Shown here: in pieces, positions 37,944 to 50,806 of the stretch
Position numbering within the stretch: position 1 is the first letter of the stretch
How the letters are laid out: each line of letters starts with the position of its first letter
Origin: Squalus acanthias
Taxonomy: Eukaryota
Reading direction: 5' to 3'
Length of the DNA stretch: 64,000 nucleotides
Assembly (NCBI GenBank): GCA_030390025.1
Contig: CM059432.1
Span: 19,160,001-19,224,000 of the forward strand
The notes under the pieces: model-generated
Told to the model about the DNA's origin: nothing
The model's database searches: none
Seen by the model: the letters and a program-made list of their open reading frames with translations, nothing else
Program-made: the position numbers and the translations under genes

Positions 37944-38671
37944 TAGGCTATGTATTCTTTAAATTGATGGTTTCTGTTTCAAACATAAGCACAACTGCAA
38001 AAAGTGTTTGTACTGTTGGAACAGGGTTGTCAAAGCAATCTTCTATCCCAGAATAACTTATCAATCAGTCAGTTGAAAGCTTTAGTACTTGAGGCCTCTT
38101 CATAGGTCCCAATATGCTTTTCCACAATGCTTTAGAGATCAGCATAAAAAAATGTTTTTTATTGCTGGAAGTTCAGAGAGCCCTTGTAGTGATAAATATT
38201 TGTCATAATGAGTCCAGTGGGCTAACGGAGATAAAAAAAATATTAGGGATGTCCAAGATGCAGTTGAATGCTATAATGGGAGACTTAGGGTACTCGAGGG
38301 GTGAGATTCAATGGGCCAGGTAGCCTTTTCTGATCCGTGATTTTAACTGTGTTCTCAATCTTTCATTAAAGTTTCAGTGCAGCTCCACATGAAGAACTCT
38401 ATTTATCAGAAAGAACGACATGTTTAGCATACACAGTTAAAGCTTATATCCCTGTAATAAAATCACCAATATTTCCGCACAACACTAACTGCTTAATCTC
38501 TGCAGCAGAATATTTCGTCCTTATTTAAATTTGCTCTGTTTAATTGGGCACCTTTTGTTGTTTGTTAGCAAGAGAAACAATAAGCCGTTCATCTCACCGG
38601 TATTTTGTTTCATTTTTTATGTGTCATGATTTGAGACACAGTTACTATTTGTACAGGGAGTGATGCGATGA

Positions 38672-39135
38672 CCCCAATTTTAAGGTGGTGTGCCCGAGGC
38701 CCAAAGTGGGTGGCACGCCCGGGGAGTCCGGGGACGTGGAGGCCCAGTTGTTAAGATTGCCAGTGACATTCTCGGTGGACCGTCCGTGGGGGCGGGAATT
38801 TGGCAGCAGGAAGCCATAGCCGGGGACCCACAGGATCGGTCCCCTCGCTAGCCAAATAAATGGTGGTGGGGGCTGGTAGGGCGGTTAAAACCTATGACCA
38901 GGAAGGCCCGAGGCTTCCTTGTGGGGCCCGCTGGATCACTCCTGCTCCTCCTGGCCCACGTGGACACCTAAAAGCAAATTAAAAACTTAGCGGCCTGGGC
39001 CTTTTCTGACCCACGATCTCCCTCCCGACAGGTCTGGCCTGACGGGGAAGCCGTCACTGCTCCCCCTGCTCAGGCCTCTAATTGAAATTGCAGATCGCAT
39101 CCTGATGATATCATCGGGCCCTGATTTGCATATCT
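38672..39135. mobile_element. Truncated GC-rich MITE-like fragment
   Basis: Composition and motifs like 8621-9175; only one end recognisable. Confidence 0.4.
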
Positions 39136-39136
39136 G

Positions 39137-39657
39137 CTTAGGAAAGATATATTGGCCTTGGAGGGAGTGCAGCATAGGTTTACCAGAATGATACCCAGAC
39201 TCCAGGGGTTAAATTGCCAGGAGAGATTACACAAACTAGGGTTGTATCCCTTGGAATTTAGAAGGTTAAGGGCCAGGGTGATTTGATCAAAGTTTTCAAG
39301 ATATTAAGGGGAACTGATAGGGTAGATAGAGAGAAACTATTTCCACTGGTTGGGGATTCTAGGACTAGGGAGCATAGTCTAAAAATTAGAGCCAGACCTT
39401 TCAGGAGTGAAATTAGGAAACACTTCTACACACAAAGGGTGGTAGAAGTTTGGAACTCTCTTCCACAATCAGCAATTGATGCTAGATCAATTGTTAATTT
39501 TAAATTTGAGATTGATAGATTTTTGTTAACCAAAGATATTAAGGGATATGGGGTAAAGGAGAGTATATGGAGTTAGGTCGCAGATCAGCCATGATCTCAT
39601 TAATTAGCGGAACAGGCTTGCAGGGCTAAATAGCCTACTCCTGTTCCTATGTTCCTA
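39137..39657 (+). mobile_element. CR1 3' fragment
   Basis: ORF 39283-39576; TGTTCCTA tail. Confidence 0.9.
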
Positions 39658-39699
39658 TTTAAAAAAAGACCTCGCCAACTTGGGGCGGGTTTCCTCCAG

Positions 39700-40725
39700 A
39701 CAATGACCTTCTCCAATAAGAGAGTTTAACCACATCTCCTCACATTCAATGGCATTACTATTGCCAAGTTCCCCACCATCCTGGGGGTCACCATTGACCA
39801 GAAACTGAACTGCACCAGCCACATAAATGCAGGTTGGCAGGTGGGTATTCTGTGGCAAGTAGCTCACCTCTTTACTCCCCAAAGCCTTTCCACCACCTAC
39901 AAGGCCCATGTCAGGAGTGTGTTGGAATGCTCTCCACTTGTCTGGATAGATGCAGCTGCAACAATACTGAAGAAGCTCGACACCATGCAGGACAAAGCAA
40001 TCGCTTGATCGGCACTTCATCCACTAGCCTAACATCCACCCCCTTGTAAGATATGTAATACCTGGTTATGCTTTAAAACCGTAGCTCTTTAATAAAAGCC
40101 TTACAACTTCTAAAACCCTTTTGGGTAATCTGTGTGTGGCCTGTGATCCGGATCTTACACCCTCCTTCACCAGCATACCATGGCTGCAGTGTATACTGTC
40201 TGCAGGATGCACTGCAGCAACTTGGCAAGGCTTCTTTGTAGCACCTCCTAATCCTGTGACCTCCACTACCTAGAAAGAAAAGAGAGAGAAGTCGCACAAC
40301 ACCAGGTTATAGTCCAACAGATTTATTTAATTTTACAAGCTTTCGGAGCAGTTCGCTCCTTCGTCAGGTAAGTTAGCAGTGAGAGAATCTCCCAGAATTC
40401 ACAATTCAAACACAGACAAAATCTATTCACATCTTTCCCTACATCAAAGAGCACAGCCAAGACAATGAGATGTGTCCCAGGGGGTCCAACGTGTCAAACC
40501 ACCTGCTGGCTGCATATCCTGTCAATCTGTGTAGGTTCTTGTGTTAGTCTTAAAAAAAAACACCTCCAAGATTTTTGTTCCAAGTCACATACCATCCTGA
40601 CTCAAATATATATCACTATTCCTTCATTGTCACTGGGTCAAAATTCTGGAACTCCCTACCTAATAATATTGTGGGAGCACCTTCACCACACATATTGCAG
40701 AGGTTCAAGAAGAAGGCCCACCTCC
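39700..40725 (+). mobile_element. Decayed HER1-like 3' region with insertions
   Basis: Similar to 26355-26830 and 27220-27390. Confidence 0.7.
40282..40555 (-). mobile_element. Penelope-like family B variant with hammerhead at 40333-40371
   Basis: Minus strand TTAC-CTGACGA-A-GGAGC gaact GCTCC-GAAAG-CT-T-GTAA. Confidence 0.75.
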
Positions 40726-40834
40726 CAAAATTATTTTTTAAGAAATGTAAACCATTGGTCTGGAGGTCTCATGTATTGTATCAGATTAAACAATCAGTCC
40801 TGTTGAATGTTGGCAGCAGGTCAGTCACTATAAT

Positions 40835-41590
40835 GGGCCAGAAATTCGGGTCGGAGGCTTCCCGCGGGTGCAAGCCCCCAACCTGCACTTACCTAGCGCG
40901 CCTGCCGCTGTGCTGTGGGCCCGCGTGGGATTCTGATCCTGGGCCTCCTCCAGCTGCCGGTGTGCAGTGCTTGCATATCCCAGGGGCACAGTTAGTTCGA
41001 AGCGTCCCCTGGGATCACGTGGGCCATGGAGAGCCAATCGGAGCAGGGAATCTCCATTCATAGATTTGACAGGAAGACCTGTCAAATCTATGAATAGAGA
41101 TCGGCCCCAAAACATAACTAAAACTTCAAATAATTTTTTTTTAAAATCACATTTTTAAAATAACTGTAAATTACATAAATTAACTATTTTAAACAAAAAT
41201 TTAAATTTTTGAAAAAATGTATTATTAACGGGGCTAAAAATAAACTTACCTTTCTTTAAAGTATTTAAAAAGTTAAACCTATGGAAAAAATGTTTAAATT
41301 TTACTTAATTTACCACTTACCTTGTTAAAAGCAGGCCTTGCACCTGCTTTTTCCCCACGCAGCTGCTGGAGACTTACCCTCACGGAGAAACCTGAAAAAA
41401 AACCGGAAGTTAGCTGCATGCGCGCTGCCTCTCCGGTGCACGCGTTTGACCTCCGAACCCCTTCCTTCAAAGGAACGGAAGTTCCGGTTTCCAGCGCACG
41501 CGCAGTGCATGCGCGAAACCGGCACTTTCGTTGGGTCTACGGGTGAGTACACAGCGTATACGCACCCGTGGAGACCCGAATTTCTGGCCC
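40835..41590. mobile_element. Harbinger-type MITE with perfect TIRs and internal hairpin
   Basis: Perfect 18-bp TIR GGGCCAGAAATTCGGGTC; TSD AAT/ATT. Confidence 0.88.
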
Positions 41591-42650
41591 ATTTTTTGCT
41601 TCTTGTAAATGAAAGAAGAGAAAGACTTGCATTTATATAGCACCTTTCACGACCACCGGACGTCCCAAAGCGCTTTACATCCAATGAAGGACTTTTTGAA
41701 GTGTAATCACTGTTGCAATGTAGGCCAAAGCTGCTGTATAAAGACAATTGCTAAGAAGTGCTGGCATAAGGAGTCGAAAATCAGATCCTAATGACTCTGT
41801 TCATAAATGTGCAAATGAGCCAAATAGGCCTGGAAGGTCCCAGCAGGATTAACCCTGATCTGTACTTAGTTACCTTATCTGAAACTGATGATAGTTAAGT
41901 GCGTCAGAGCCCCTATACTTGGGATGGGGGAAAAAAGCAGCTCGGGCATCCACTGCTGATCAATACCAGCAACTCCTGCTCGTGAATATGTATGTGTAGG
42001 CATCCGTTAGGATTAGGTGCGGCTATGGTGCCCACATGGTAAAAGTGCCTGCTGACACTTAAGGGATGACATGAGTCACTGCTGCCGATGGGGACCTTGT
42101 CTGCCTGCAGATCACAGGTGGGGGGGCGGAGGGTGGGGGGTGGAGGGAGGCGCGGCCCACAACTTTCCAACTTTTACAATGAACGGTCAGAAAAATGTGG
42201 ACAGCTCAATTCCAAACTTTTATTTCGTGCTGATGGCGAGCGAGACTCCCTTGCTGGTAATATGGACACCTAAAATGACTCCTTTACTGACTAGGCTCAG
42301 ACATGAAGGTGAGTGGCACCTGTAGAACCAGGTTTCCAGAAGAGAAAAGGAGATAAGCTGGAAGTAAAAGAAGATAACAGGGACTCAACACCACCAGCAA
42401 TATTGACTAAACAGCGCACATGAACCGAAACATGAATGAGAAAGGAAATCCTATTTACTGAACTAAATAGCAGTTATTGGAAAGAATTAAATATATGGAG
42501 CACCACTCAAAGTGCAAATGCTGAGGGAAGGTTTCCTTTGTGTACTATGTGTAACAAAATTGGAATATAATGTGGAGAAATGTGAAGTTATCCACTTTGG
42601 TAGGAAAAATAGAAAAGCAGAGTATTTTTTAAATGGTGTGAGATTGGGAA

Positions 42651-44938
42651 ATAAGAACATAAGAACATGAGAAATAGGAGCAGGAGTAGGCCATTCGGCC
42701 CTTCGAGCCTGCTCCGCCCATTCAATAAGATCATGGCTGATCTTCTGCCTCAACTCCATTCACTGGCCCTATCGTCATATCCCTTGATGCCCTTACTAGT
42801 CAGAAATCTATCAACTTCTGTTTTGAATATACCCAATAACTGAGCCTCCACAGCCCTCTGGGGTAGAGAATTCCAAAGATTCACCACCCTCTGTGTGAAG
42901 AAATTTCTTCTCATCTCAGTGCTGAATGGTTTACCCTTTATCCTGAGGCTGTGGCTCCTGGTTCTAGACTCCCAGCTAAGGGAAACATTCTCCCAGCATC
43001 CACCCTATCAAGCCCTGTAATAATTTTGTATGCTTCAATGAGATCACCTCTCATTCTTCTGAATTCAAGAGAATACAGGCCTAGTTTACTCAATCTCTTC
43101 TCATACGACAGTCTTGCCATCTCAGAAATCAATCTCATGAACCTTCGTTGTACTCCCTCTATGGCAAGTATATCCTTCCTTAGGTAAGGAGACCAAAACT
43201 GTATACAGTACTCCAGGTGTGGTCTCACCAAGGCCCTATATAATTGGAGTAAGACTTCTTTTCTCCTATACTTGAATCCTCTTGTAATGAAGGCCAGCAT
43301 ACCATTTGCCTTCCTAATGGCTTGCTGCACCTGCACATTCACTTTCAGTGACTCATGTACAAGGACACCCAGGTCCCTTCAAGCATCTGCATTCCCTAAT
43401 CTTTCACCATTTAGGAAATACTCTGCCTTTCTGTTATTTCTACCAAAGTGGATAACTTCACATTTATCCACATTATATTCCATCTGCCATGTTCTCGCCC
43501 ACTCACTGAGCCTGTTGAGTTCCCCTTGAAGCCTCTTCACATCCTCTTCGCAACTGACACTGCCACCTAGCTTTGTGTCATCAGCAAATTTGGAAATGTT
43601 ACATTTATGCCCCTCATCCAAATCATTGATATAGATTGTGAATAGCTGGGGCCCAAGCATCGATCCTTGCGGTACCCCACTAGTCACAGCCTGCTATCCT
43701 GAAAAAGACCGGTTTATCCCTACTCTTTGTTTTCTGTCTGTTAACCAATTCTCAATCCATGCTAGTATATTACCCCCAATTCCATGTGCCCTAATTTTGT
43801 TCACCAACCTCTTGTGTGGGACCTTATCGAAGGCCTTCTGAAAATCCAAATACACCACATCTACCGGTTCCTCTTTGTCTACTCCACTAGTTACATCCTC
43901 AAAGAACTCCAATAGGTTTGTCAAACAGGACTTCCCTTTCGTAAATCCATGTTGACTCTGCCCAATCTTACTATTAGTTTCTAAGTGCCCAGTTATTGCA
44001 TCCTTTATAATAGATTCCAGCATTTCCCCAACTACTGGTGTGAGGCTAACAGGTCTGTAGTTCCCCATTTTCTCTCTCCCTCCTTTCTTAAATAGCGGGG
44101 TTGCATTTGCTATCCTCCAATCAGCAGGAACCGTTCCAGAATCTATAGAATTTTGGAAGATGACAACCAATGTGTTCACTATTCCAATGGCCACCTCTTT
44201 CAAAACCCTAGGATGTAGGTCATCTGGTCCTTGGGATTTAGCGACTTTTTGTCCCATTAATTTTGCTAGTACTGTTTTTTTACTAATAATAATTTCTTTA
44301 AGTTCCTTATTCTTGCCACACCTTTGGTTTTCTCGTATTTCTGGGAGGTTTTTTGTGTCTTCCTCCGTGAAGACAGAAACAAAGTATTTATTTAATTTCA
44401 CTGCCATTTCCTCATTCCCCATTATAAATTCTCCCGTCTCTGACTGTAAAGGACCTACATTTACCCTCGCCAGTCTTTTCCTTTTCACATACCTATAGAA
44501 GCTTTTACAATCCATTTTTATATTTTTATATTTTTCGCTCGTTACTAGTCATATACAGTTACTGTGCTCATATTCCATTTTCCCTTTCTTTATCAATTTC
44601 TTGGTCCCCCTTTGCTGATTTCTAAAAAGATCCCAATCCTCAGGCTGACTGCTTTTTCTGGCAACTTCATAAGCTTTCTCCTTTGACCTAATACTAGCTT
44701 TAATTTCTTTTGTTAGCCATGGTTGGATCACTTTTCCTTTAGGGTTTTTATGCCCTAGAGGAATATATGTTTGTTGCAAATTATGCATTATTTCCTTGAA
44801 TGTTAGCCATTGTATGTCCACCTTCATACCTTTTAGTGTAGTCTCCCAATCTACCATGGCTAACTTGTCCCTCATACCCTTGTAGTTTCCTCTGTTTAGA
44901 TTGAAGACCTTAGTTTCAGATTGGACTACATCACTCTC
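42651..44938 (-). mobile_element. CR1 LINE ORF2 remnant inserted into another CR1
   Basis: ORFs 44549-44875, 43694-44515, 43379-43687 (FADD), 42938-43342; tail at ~42651. Confidence 0.95.
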
Positions 44939-45675
44939 ATGTTGGTGTTCAGAGGGACCTGGGTGTCCTTGTACATGAACCGCTGAAAGTTAATATGCAG
45001 GTACAGCAAGCAATTAGGAAAGCAAATGGTATGTTGGCCTTTATTACAAAAGGATTTGAGTATAAGAGTAAATACGTCTTACTACAATTATATATGGCCT
45101 TGGTGGGAGCACATCTGGAGTATTGTGTACAGTTTTGGTCTCATTACCTAAGGAAGGATATACTTGCCATAGCGGGAGTGCAACGAAGGTTCACCAGACT
45201 GATTCCTGGGATGGGGGGATTGTCCTATGAGGAGAGATTGAGTAGACTAGGCCTATATTCTATTGAGTTTAGAAGAATGAGAGGTGATCTCATTGAAACA
45301 TACAAAATTCTTATGGAGCTTGACAGGGTGGATGCAGGGAGTATATTTCCCCTGGCTGGGGAGTCTAGAACCAGGGGTTACTGTTGCAGAATAAGGGGTC
45401 GGCCATTTAGGACTGAGATGAGAAATTTCTTCACTCAGAGGGTGGTGAATCTTTGGAATTCTCTACGCCAGAGGGCTGTGGATGCTCAGTCGTTGAGTAT
45501 ATTCAAGATAGAGATCAATAGATTTTTGGCTATTAAGGGAATCAAGGGATATGGGGATAGTGCAGGAAAGTAGAGTTGAGGTAGAAGATCAGCCATAATC
45601 TTATTGAATGGCGGAGCAGGCTCGAAGGGTCGAATGGCCTACTCTGCTCCTATTTCTTATGTTCCTATATTCCTA
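44939..45675 (+). mobile_element. CR1 3' fragment (continues from 42560-42650)
   Basis: ORF 44995-45573; contiguous with 42560-42650 once the inverted CR1 is removed. Confidence 0.9.
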
Positions 45676-46325
45676 AAAGCATAAACTTATTTGTAAGAAA
45701 TGAGTTTAGGATTTTCTATAGTGAGTGGACAGAGGAAATCTTCCCTCAATGTGTACATCTCCTACTAAGCAGTCCTAGTTTAAGAGATGAAGTGCGGAGT
45801 TTAAACATCAAAAGATGTTAGGTTATACATAAATGCTAGTAGGACATGAGCAGGAATCAATTAAATGCTCCAACTGGCACAACCAAGGGGCAGTCTGATC
45901 TATTATTTAAATCACATTCAATTTAAACTGAACTGAATAATTTAGTTTGGTGAGAAGATAAATAAATAGTGATTCCTGTTATTATCATTCTTCTGGTTAT
46001 AGATCTAGAATGGTTTATGCATGAACCTTGTTGGAATAAAATTACAATACAGAAGGTCAGTTCTGCCAGTCACTGCTTTTGTATTCTTAAACTGGTTTTG
46101 ATTCTATGGGCAATTCAGAAAGAATGGTATGGATTGCATTTGATTGGTTTACTAACAAATATTAAAATACAGCATACATATGCATTGAAGATTCATCACA
46201 GGGCAAAAATTGACAATGAAGAGTGACATCATCAGATAAAACAAAAGCTGACTAGTGCCAACTAATGGTTTTGTTTGGCCAATGGTACACCCCTGTTCAG
46301 AAAGGGGAAGAGGATAAGATAGCTT

Positions 46326-47450
46326 TGTTCGTCCTTTGACATCGAAGAAGACGACCAAAATATCATCTAATTTTCTGCAGTGAGTTCTCTGATGACTTAT
46401 GAGATCGATTTTTGCTCCGAATGAGCATCCGCCGATTGAACAGTGGATCCCGGAGATACCAGGTTGGGGATCGTGTTTTTTTCAGCCGAGACTTCAGCCT
46501 TAATGGATGGTTTTTCGGCACGTTTTCTTATTTCCACTTACGGACGTCTATTTAGCACTGTTTCAGAGATTTTAAGCAGTCTTTATATCACTTTTGCTAT
46601 CCACCATGAGATTGCTTCCCAGTTGTCAATGCGCCATAAAAGATCTTCTTTGGGATTCGTTCATCAGACATTCGCACCACATGACCTGACTATTGTAGCC
46701 GTGCCTTCATGGTCAGAGGATCAATGCTTGGCTTGTCAGCTTTTTTAAGAACTTGTCTTGACATCTGATCCTCATTATTCATCTCCGGCATCTTAGGTGA
46801 AAGTGATTCTGTTTCTTAGTGTGGTGTGCATATGTTGTCCAAGTTTCACCAACATAAAGCAAGGTCGTCGGAACGGCAGCCCTGTATACTTTGAGTTTGG
46901 TCTGCAGGGTGATGCCTCTCTTGTCCCAGAGGGACTTTTGGTATTTGCCAAATGCTAAGCTGGCTTTGGCAATTCTGCAGGATTCTTCTGTATCGATATG
47001 GACTTCGCCAGACAGAGTGCTACCCAGATAGGTGAATCTTACCGCAGCCTGAAATGTGTGATCACCGATAATGAAGGTGGTGGTGTGTAATCCTTGCCTG
47101 GGGCTGGTTGGAAGAGTACCCCGTCTTTTTAGGCTGACAGTCATGCCAAATTGCAGGCATGCTGTTGTGAAGTGGTTCATGATTGTTTGTATACTATTCT
47201 GGGAGTGGGCCACGAGAGCACAGTCCTCAGCAAATAGGAGTTCACAAACAAGTTCTTCCAATACCTTTGCTTTAGCTGGTAGTCTTCTAAGATTGAAGAG
47301 CAGCCCATCTGTCCTGAATCTGAGCTTGACTCTGATTTTGGGATTATTGAAAGCCACGAGAAGCATAGCCATAAACAAAACGCTGAAGAGGGTGCAAGGA
47401 CGCATTCTTGCTTAACATCTGGTTGTTTTCACTTGGGAAGGCATCTGGTT
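46326..47450 (-). mobile_element. Old RTE-clade LINE fragment
   Basis: ORF 46779-47405 (ELLFAEDCALVAHS, FTYLGSTLS, TKLKVYRA). Confidence 0.88.
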
Positions 47451-48288
47451 CTAATGCTATCCCAGCTGACTCTGTGACTCTTTAACTTAGCCATTAATCA
47501 CTAATGTAGAACCTTGTCAAAAGCCTCCTGAAAATCCAAATATATATTCACCAGGTCAGCAATGTCATTGTAAACCTACTAAGTTGGTTAAACATAACCT
47601 CTCTTTCCTCAATCTACACTGACTGCCCTTTAACACATTCGCCTGGAATTTCTGCTGGGGTTGCCCCAATTGTCCACCATAACCTGGTGGAAGATCAATG
47701 GCAACCCCAGAGCAATTGCCACTTACATTGTTTACATAGAAAGTATTACATAATATTTACAACACAGGTCCATGCCGGTGTTTATGCTCCACACGAGCCT
47801 CCTCTCGAGCCTCCTCCCACCCTTTTTCATCTAACCCTGTCAATATATCCTTCTATTCCTTTCTCCCTCATGTGTTTATCTAGCTTCCCCTTAAATGCAT
47901 CTATGCTCTTCAACTCAACTACTCCTTGAGGTAGCAAGTTCCATATTCTATCTATTCTCTGGGCAAAGAAGTTTCTCTTGAATTCCCTATTGGGTTTATC
48001 AATGCTATCTTATATTTATGGCGGAAGTGGAAATATCTTCTCTACCTTTACCCTATCAAACCCTTTCATAAGCTTAAAGACCTCTATCAGGTCACCCCAC
48101 CCCTCAGTCTTCTCTTTTCTAGAGAAAAGAGCCCCAGCCTGTTCAATTTTTCCTGATAGGTATAACCTCTCAGTTTTGGTATCATTCTTGTAAGTCTTTT
48201 TTGCACCTTCTCCCGTGCCTCTCTATCCTTTTTGTAATATGGAGACCAGAACTGTTCACAGTACGCCAAGTGTGGTCTAACCAAGGTT

Positions 48289-50110
48289 ACATAGATACAT
48301 AGATACATAGATACATAGAAAATAGGAGCAGGAGTAGGCCATCCGGCCCTTCGAGCCTGCTCCGCCATTTAATGAGATCATGGCTGATCCTCCAATTCAG
48401 TATCCCGTCCCCGCCTTCTCTCCGTAACCCTTAACCCCTTTTGCCTGTAGAAATATATCTAATTCCCTCTTAAATATATTTAATGAGCTGGCGTACACTG
48501 CCCTCTGTGGCAATGAGTTCCACAGGTTCACCACCCTCTGAGTGAAGAAATTCCCCCTCATTTCTGTCCTAAATGGTTTAGCCCTTATCCTTAAATGATG
48601 TCCTCTAGTTCTGTTCTCACCCGCCAAGGGAAACATTCCTTCTGCATCTAGTCTGTCTAGACCTGTCAGAATTTTATACACTTCTATGAGGTCCCCTCTC
48701 AATCTTCTAAACTCCAGTGTGTACATCCCTAAACTACATAGTCTCTCCTCATAGGTCAATCCCGCCATTCCTGGTATCAGCCTGGTGAATCGCCGCTGTA
48801 CCCCCTCCATGGCAAGAACATCTTTCCTCAGATGAGGCGACCAAAACTGTACACAGTACTCGAGGTGTGGTCTCACCAGTGCCCTGTACAGCTGCAGCAA
48901 GGTATCCCTGTTCCTGTATTCCAACCCCTTTGCTATGAAGGCCAGCATACCGTTTGCCTTCTTGACCGCCTGTTGCACCTGCATGCTCGCCTTCAGTGAC
49001 TGGTGTGCAAGAACACCCAGGTCTCTCTGTACTTCCCCTTCTCCCAATTTATTGCCATTTAAATAATAATTTGCCCTCCCGTTCCTGCACCCAAGGTGGA
49101 TAACTTCGCACTTGTCCACATTATAGTGCATCTGCCATTTATCCGCCCAATCACCCAGTCTGTCCAAATCGCTCTGGAGCTTCCTGGTCTCCTCCTCTGA
49201 GCCCACCCCCCCTCCTAGTTTAGTGTCGTCTGCAAATTTGGAAATGCTGCATCCGACTCCCTGATCCAGGTCATTAATGTAAATTGTGAACAGCTGGGGA
49301 CCCAGGACAGATCCCTGTGGTACCCCACTTGTTACTGCCTGCCATTCAGAAAATGAGCCGTTTATTCCAACTCTCTGTTTTCTATCTGACAGCCAGTTCT
49401 CTATCCACGTCAATACTTTCCCCTTTATCCCATGAGCTTCAATTTTCCATGCTAATCTTTTATGTGGGACCTTATCGAAGGCCTTTTGGAAGTCCAGGTA
49501 CACCACATCTACTGGCTCTCCCCCATCTATTTTACCAGTTACTCCCTCAAAAAATTCCAATAGATTAGTCAAGCACGATTTACCCTCTGTAAATCCATGT
49601 TGACTCTGTCCTATCCTGTCCCCATTTGCTAAGTGCTCCGCTATTTCATCCTTAATGATGGACTCCAGCATTTTGCCCACAACTGATGTAAGGCTTACAG
49701 GTCTGTAATTACCTGCTTTTTCCCTACCCCCCTTTTTGAATAGTGGGGTAACGTTAGCTACCCTCCAATCCATGGGCACTGTTCCCGAGTCTAATGAATT
49801 CTGAAAAATCATACTTAGTGCATCCGCTATCTCTAGGGCCACCTCCTTCAGTACCCTAGGATGCATGTTATCAGGCCCTGGGGATTTGTCCGCCTTCAAT
49901 CCCTTTAGCTTCCTTAACACCATATCCTTAGAGATATTGATTTGCGTCAGTTCCTCCTTTGCCAATGTCCCTATTTTTCCCGATATCCCAGGGAGGTTTT
50001 TTGTGTCTTCCTTCGTAAAGACTGACCCAAAGTATGCATTTAGTTGGTCTGCCATTTCCTTATTTCCCGTTATATATTCCCCCGTATCTGACTGCAATGG
50101 GCCAACTTTA
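48289..50110 (-). mobile_element. Young 5'-truncated CR1 LINE
   Basis: (ACATAGAT)n 8-mer tail at 48289-48320; uninterrupted ORF. Confidence 0.95.
48397..50097 (-). CDS. CR1 ORF2 reverse transcriptase + C-terminal domain, 566 aa, lacking the endonuclease
   Basis: Intact [32 protein letters not shown]. Confidence 0.9.
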   Translation of the reverse strand: MQSDTGEYITGNKEMADQLNAYFGSVFTKEDTKNLPGISGKIGTLAKEELTQINISKDMVLRKLKGLKADKSPGPDNMHPRVLKEVALEIADALSMIFQNSLDSGTVPMDWRVANVTPLFKKGGREKAGNYRPVSLTSVVGKMLESIIKDEIAEHLANGDRIGQSQHGFTEGKSCLTNLLEFFEGVTGKIDGGEPVDVVYLDFQKAFDKVPHKRLAWKIEAHGIKGKVLTWIENWLSDRKQRVGINGSFSEWQAVTSGVPQGSVLGPQLFTIYINDLDQGVGCSISKFADDTKLGGGVGSEEETRKLQSDLDRLGDWADKWQMHYNVDKCEVIHLGCRNGRANYYLNGNKLGEGEVQRDLGVLAHQSLKASMQVQQAVKKANGMLAFIAKGLEYRNRDTLLQLYRALVRPHLEYCVQFWSPHLRKDVLAMEGVQRRFTRLIPGMAGLTYEERLCSLGMYTLEFRRLRGDLIEVYKILTGLDRLDAEGMFPLAGENRTRGHHLRIRAKPFRTEMRGNFFTQRVVNLWNSLPQRAVYASSLNIFKRELDIFLQAKGVKGYGEKAGTGY

Positions 50111-50305
50111 GTTTTCTATACAAGTTTAACATAACTTCTCTGCTTTTCAATTATATCCCTCTAGAAATGAACCCCAGTGCTTTGGCCTTATTAACCTGTG
50201 ATTTGTGTATCTGTAACCCCAGATCCCTCTGTTCTTCTGCCCCATTTACAGACTTAGGCCCTGATATTTATTGAGGCAGCACCATATCACAGGCGATGCA
50301 AACGG

Positions 50306-50806
50306 ATGGCCACATGCACGGAGCAACTAATGTGCCAGTCAAATGAAAACATGTTTGCTGTGAACAACAGCTTGCAGACTCTGATTGCAGTCATCTCTAG
50401 AAGAGATAGCAACATAGACTTGGGCATTCATCGCCCCACTGATGTGCAGCAAGGTGCTCTCCAGCTCCTTGGTAGCAGTAAAGTGCGGGTGGCCCATGAG
50501 AGGGTTGATGGTGAGAGGACATATGGAAGTGGGGGCTCTGCTCAAAGCGCTCCCACTTCTCTCCCGTTGCCTCCCCCTCAGTCAGAGCCCCACATGCTGC
50601 CTCGGATCCTGATGGCCGAGTCTGCCCCTGCACAGTTGCAGGAGGAGCAGTCTTTGGCGAGGCCCTCACAGGCTCCAAAGCCCAGAGGACGTACGCCAAA
50701 AGTGTCTAAGCAGTCAGAGCAGGGAAGTGAGCAGCCTGCCTCTACCTCTGCTGAATCCACAGGGGGTGCACCTCGTAGAAGCACTCGGAAAAGAAAAATG
50801 ACATAA
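50306..50806 (+). pseudogene. C-terminal exon of the Harbinger Myb/SANT-like gene
   Basis: PSQAPKPRG...APRRSTRKRK matches 61167-61367. Confidence 0.75.

Larger units (their letters stand above)
47750..50250 (-). mobile_element. Old CR1 3' fragment (47750-48288, 50111-50250), host of a younger CR1
   Basis: ORF 48087-48368 C-terminal part; CR1 sequence resumes after ~50110. Confidence 0.75.

Noticed and set aside
45969..46226. Possible 53-nt plus-strand exon DLEWFMHEPCWNKITIQK with AG/GT
   Set aside because: Short, no recognised homology, no partner exons; could arise by chance
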